64,000 nucleotides of DNA from a virus (lineage: Duplodnaviria; Heunggongvirae; Uroviricota; Caudoviricetes): the IMG/VR virus record IMGVR_UViG_3300028840_001821, one strand, 5' to 3'. Below, piece after piece: positions 62,901 to 64,000 of the stretch. The first letter of the stretch is position 1, and each line of letters begins with the position of its first letter. Both the position numbers and the translations under genes were made by a program. Below the pieces are notes generated by a model. The model searched no databases. It was not told the origin of the DNA and saw nothing but the letters and a program-made list of their open reading frames with translations.

Positions 62901-64000
62901 ACCGTTCCATGTCGGCGCATCTCCGACGAACCAACAGCCATACGACGGCGATTTAGACGAAGTTTACTTCATCCAGCGGGCTCTGTCGTCTGGAGAGATT
63001 CTATCCGTCGTGAAGATCGGCTTGCCGATAGTGATTGCCACGGGTGCGTCGGGTCAGATTGGCGGCTACATGGCAGCGCCGGACTCGGCGACGGGCGTGT
63101 CTGGTCAGGTCGGTGGCTACACGGACGGCGTCCAGCTATCGGCATCGGGCGAGGTTGGTGGCTACCTAGAGCAGCTAGATTCGCCGACAGGGTCGTCGGG
63201 TCAGATTGGCGGATACACAACATACGATCTAGAATCAGCGTCGGGTCAGATTGGCGGATACGTCACATATACCCAGGAGACTGGCTCGGGTCAGGTCGGA
63301 GGCTATCTAAACGCGGTTAGCGTGGATGACGACGCATCCTTCCTCTCGATGTTCACATATGTTGTGCCGGAAGATATCGACTTTGATCTAATCGCCAGGA
63401 TCGGTAGCGCGATGTCGAATGACTTCGATGCGACACTTCAGGTCTTGAGGCAGTATACACCGCCGACAGTGACCTGCTATGTTACTGGCTCCGGCACTCT
63501 CGACGGTTACTATCACGTCACGGTATCTGGTACTGTGACCGTGGGCGATGAGACCATCCAGAATGGTGCGGCAAACGAGATCGAGAGTGTCTGGATCCAG
63601 TTTGGTAACATGAGTGGTCAGCAGGACGTGACGCCGAGCGACGGCGTGTTTGAGGTCGAGCACACGTTCACATCGTCTGGTGTATACATCATTCGTGCTG
63701 ACGCCATTGATAAGCAGGGCACGCACGGTAGCTGCCGCAAGCGCGTTGACCTATCGGTTGGTCTAGCCGCAGACGAGAAGATAACGCTGGAACTAACCGG
63801 CACGCCACAGAGTGGTGTAGTACCACACACGATCGCCTTCACGCAGGCGTATGGTGTGCAGCCGGTGGGAGTAAAGGAATCGATCATCAACTTCGGTGAT
63901 CGTACACTCTCGCACTATGATGATCCGACACACCTCTACCATTCGGTCGGAAACTATATCCCGGTCTGGATCGTCAGAGATGACAACGGTCGGTTTTGGT
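59950..64000 (+). CDS. giant tail fiber / receptor-binding protein (partial, runs off window)
   Basis: I read no stop codon from ATG 59950 to the window end, giving more than 1350 aa. It is absent from the ORF track, presumably because it is unterminated. It has at least two LamG-like modules (..NDIMFISRALSSGEVAYV.., ..LDEVYFIQRALSSGEILSVV..) and about 16 copies of an S-G-(Q/E)-(I/V)-G-G-Y heptapeptide. Confidence 0.55.
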   Translation, partial: MATSGILALIDWEDFSTGDLHGQNGWRVQNEDGVRPVGFDSVIITEVGAPSGQIAMRNNPGTVSDDRRAVMVLDGSGVDRSAYDKVSIEAGMIMNQLEGRSIMLIRPSGATNDTLYGYRVEWEHNTGAADTLTFDRLDNGAITNLDSFNIDRVESLRLLVEDDDSNITIWANASGTWEFIHQEATTTYNYLPTSGAFQLRTDEAGLIHGIGDVTIYGVNNATATSGQIGAYVHNFEERCILDIDFENYTDGNLLTDSQPDDWWTLTSNGKPTAANDAYIKSDPGSGLVMWRRADAVAFPGKAIIAVLNSGVPTNASSLRYELDVAPDQAATSQCKADILFRPKSGMANNLTTWRFGYWRRLSGQDRFVLQELLNGGNVQALAYLTDDYTITSARLRVVDDGDLIQCHVKAKNSGIWEETHSLYDNSLNDQTPSGALNFDGDGTNVVVQVDNFNIYATYSGLQVTTGEIGGYVNGVAVSTSGEIGGYIEAGAAPTPTSGEIGGYVPAFSPESSGQIGGYLQVYPGATPEVFTKIDPAIQSWWYGNEDSPGDALVDYGDLGNDLVALTPVNQGILTSGVQTANIQRENARVTKNAGTGTNAKFRGVDIGEQYTGSAENFTWQGWIYPSGGHLQETQPVVLIMRDDQTFNNSARFAIQVVGSAGKPVDRLQVAHRWGAGSAEIDYVTTAHGAVPSGQFVHIAATYNKTGGEVILYVNGGIVGSGAITGVMGSGSADELALQGNPNPANTDFTGAANDIMFISRALSSGEVAYVAESGVGPVPSAGESIGGYLDAFVTSVTATEEQMQGVWRLDELGDNDTRLDSSGKSNHLNVITGSPKQVAARRNNGTRFEHWVNPFPSLQRTGSGVSTGLSPTASSWTMGLWAKPSGVAYERYAQLAGKGSYDQYVLYMDEEGEVWGQVSIDGIGYVVSTQPSSLIANEWQHIDWVVDRDNEVQYIYRTGSDYIPTIIGSGALPDSSKAQDTTTEPFHVGASPTNQQPYDGDLDEVYFIQRALSSGEILSVVKIGLPIVIATGASGQIGGYMAAPDSATGVSGQVGGYTDGVQLSASGEVGGYLEQLDSPTGSSGQIGGYTTYDLESASGQIGGYVTYTQETGSGQVGGYLNAVSVDDDASFLSMFTYVVPEDIDFDLIARIGSAMSNDFDATLQVLRQYTPPTVTCYVTGSGTLDGYYHVTVSGTVTVGDETIQNGAANEIESVWIQFGNMSGQQDVTPSDGVFEVEHTFTSSGVYIIRADAIDKQGTHGSCRKRVDLSVGLAADEKITLELTGTPQSGVVPHTIAFTQAYGVQPVGVKESIINFGDRTLSHYDDPTHLYHSVGNYIPVWIVRDDNGRFW
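61340..61510 (+). repeat. in-frame tandem repeat, period about 42-48 nt (SGEIGGY units x4)
   Basis: The unit ggYgagatYggYggctaY recurs 4 times within the fiber gene. Confidence 0.6.
63040..63310 (+). repeat. in-frame tandem repeat, period about 42-48 nt (SGQIGGY units x6)
   Basis: The unit tcgggtcagattggcggNtac recurs 6 times, encoding ..ASGQIGGYMAAPDSATGVSGQVGGYTDGVQLSASGEVGGYLEQLDSPTGSSGQIGGYTTYDLESASGQIGGYVTYTQETGSGQVGGYLNAV. Confidence 0.65.

Overview
This window is a contiguous segment of a tailed dsDNA phage genome, about 57-60% GC, with every supported gene on the + strand. It has four parts. (1) 1-6.8 kb is a translationally coupled operon encoding a dCMP/cytidine deaminase-family protein, an SPFH/band-7 lipoprotein and many small membrane peptides, including tandem single-TM micro-peptides behind a duplicated about 130-nt leader. 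(2) 7.3-24 kb is an early-type region of about 25 very small genes, many Cys-rich. About 22 of them have their own near-consensus sigma70 promoter (TTGACA-N16-TATAAT), a conserved leader (..GTGAAAGGAAAC..AAAC-ATG) and a terminator hairpin. Two of these genes encode sigma-factor-like proteins, one a ParB-like protein and one an Rrf2-family regulator. The intergenic DNA is filled with a palindromic GTCTCA-n3-TGAGAC motif and composite repeats. Two structured RNAs with tRNA-like CCA 3' ends also sit here. (3) 24.1-29.3 kb is a very dense tRNA island of about 30 tRNA genes, a near-complete set with 1-6 nt spacers. A PD-(D/E)XK nuclease and a few tiny ORFs are interspersed. Several of the tRNAs look non-canonical by hand-folding: three class-I scaffolds carry Leu anticodons, two long-variable-arm scaffolds carry GCA or CAT anticodons, and one carries a UAU anticodon. 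(4) 29.4-64 kb is the morphogenesis module. It runs through a sigma-like protein, an ERCC4-type nuclease, terminase large subunit, portal, scaffold/protease candidate, major capsid candidate followed by a strong terminator, an HNH endonuclease insert, tail genes, a 1261-aa tape measure protein, LamG-like proteins and a giant tail-fiber protein of more than 1350 aa. The fiber protein has SGQIGGY heptapeptide tandem repeats and runs off the window end. All coordinates were counted by hand and may be off by 1-2 nt. The ORF track often starts at GTG/TTG inside the conserved leader (its MKG.. N-termini), so I moved those starts to the ATG that follows a Shine-Dalgarno-like leader.
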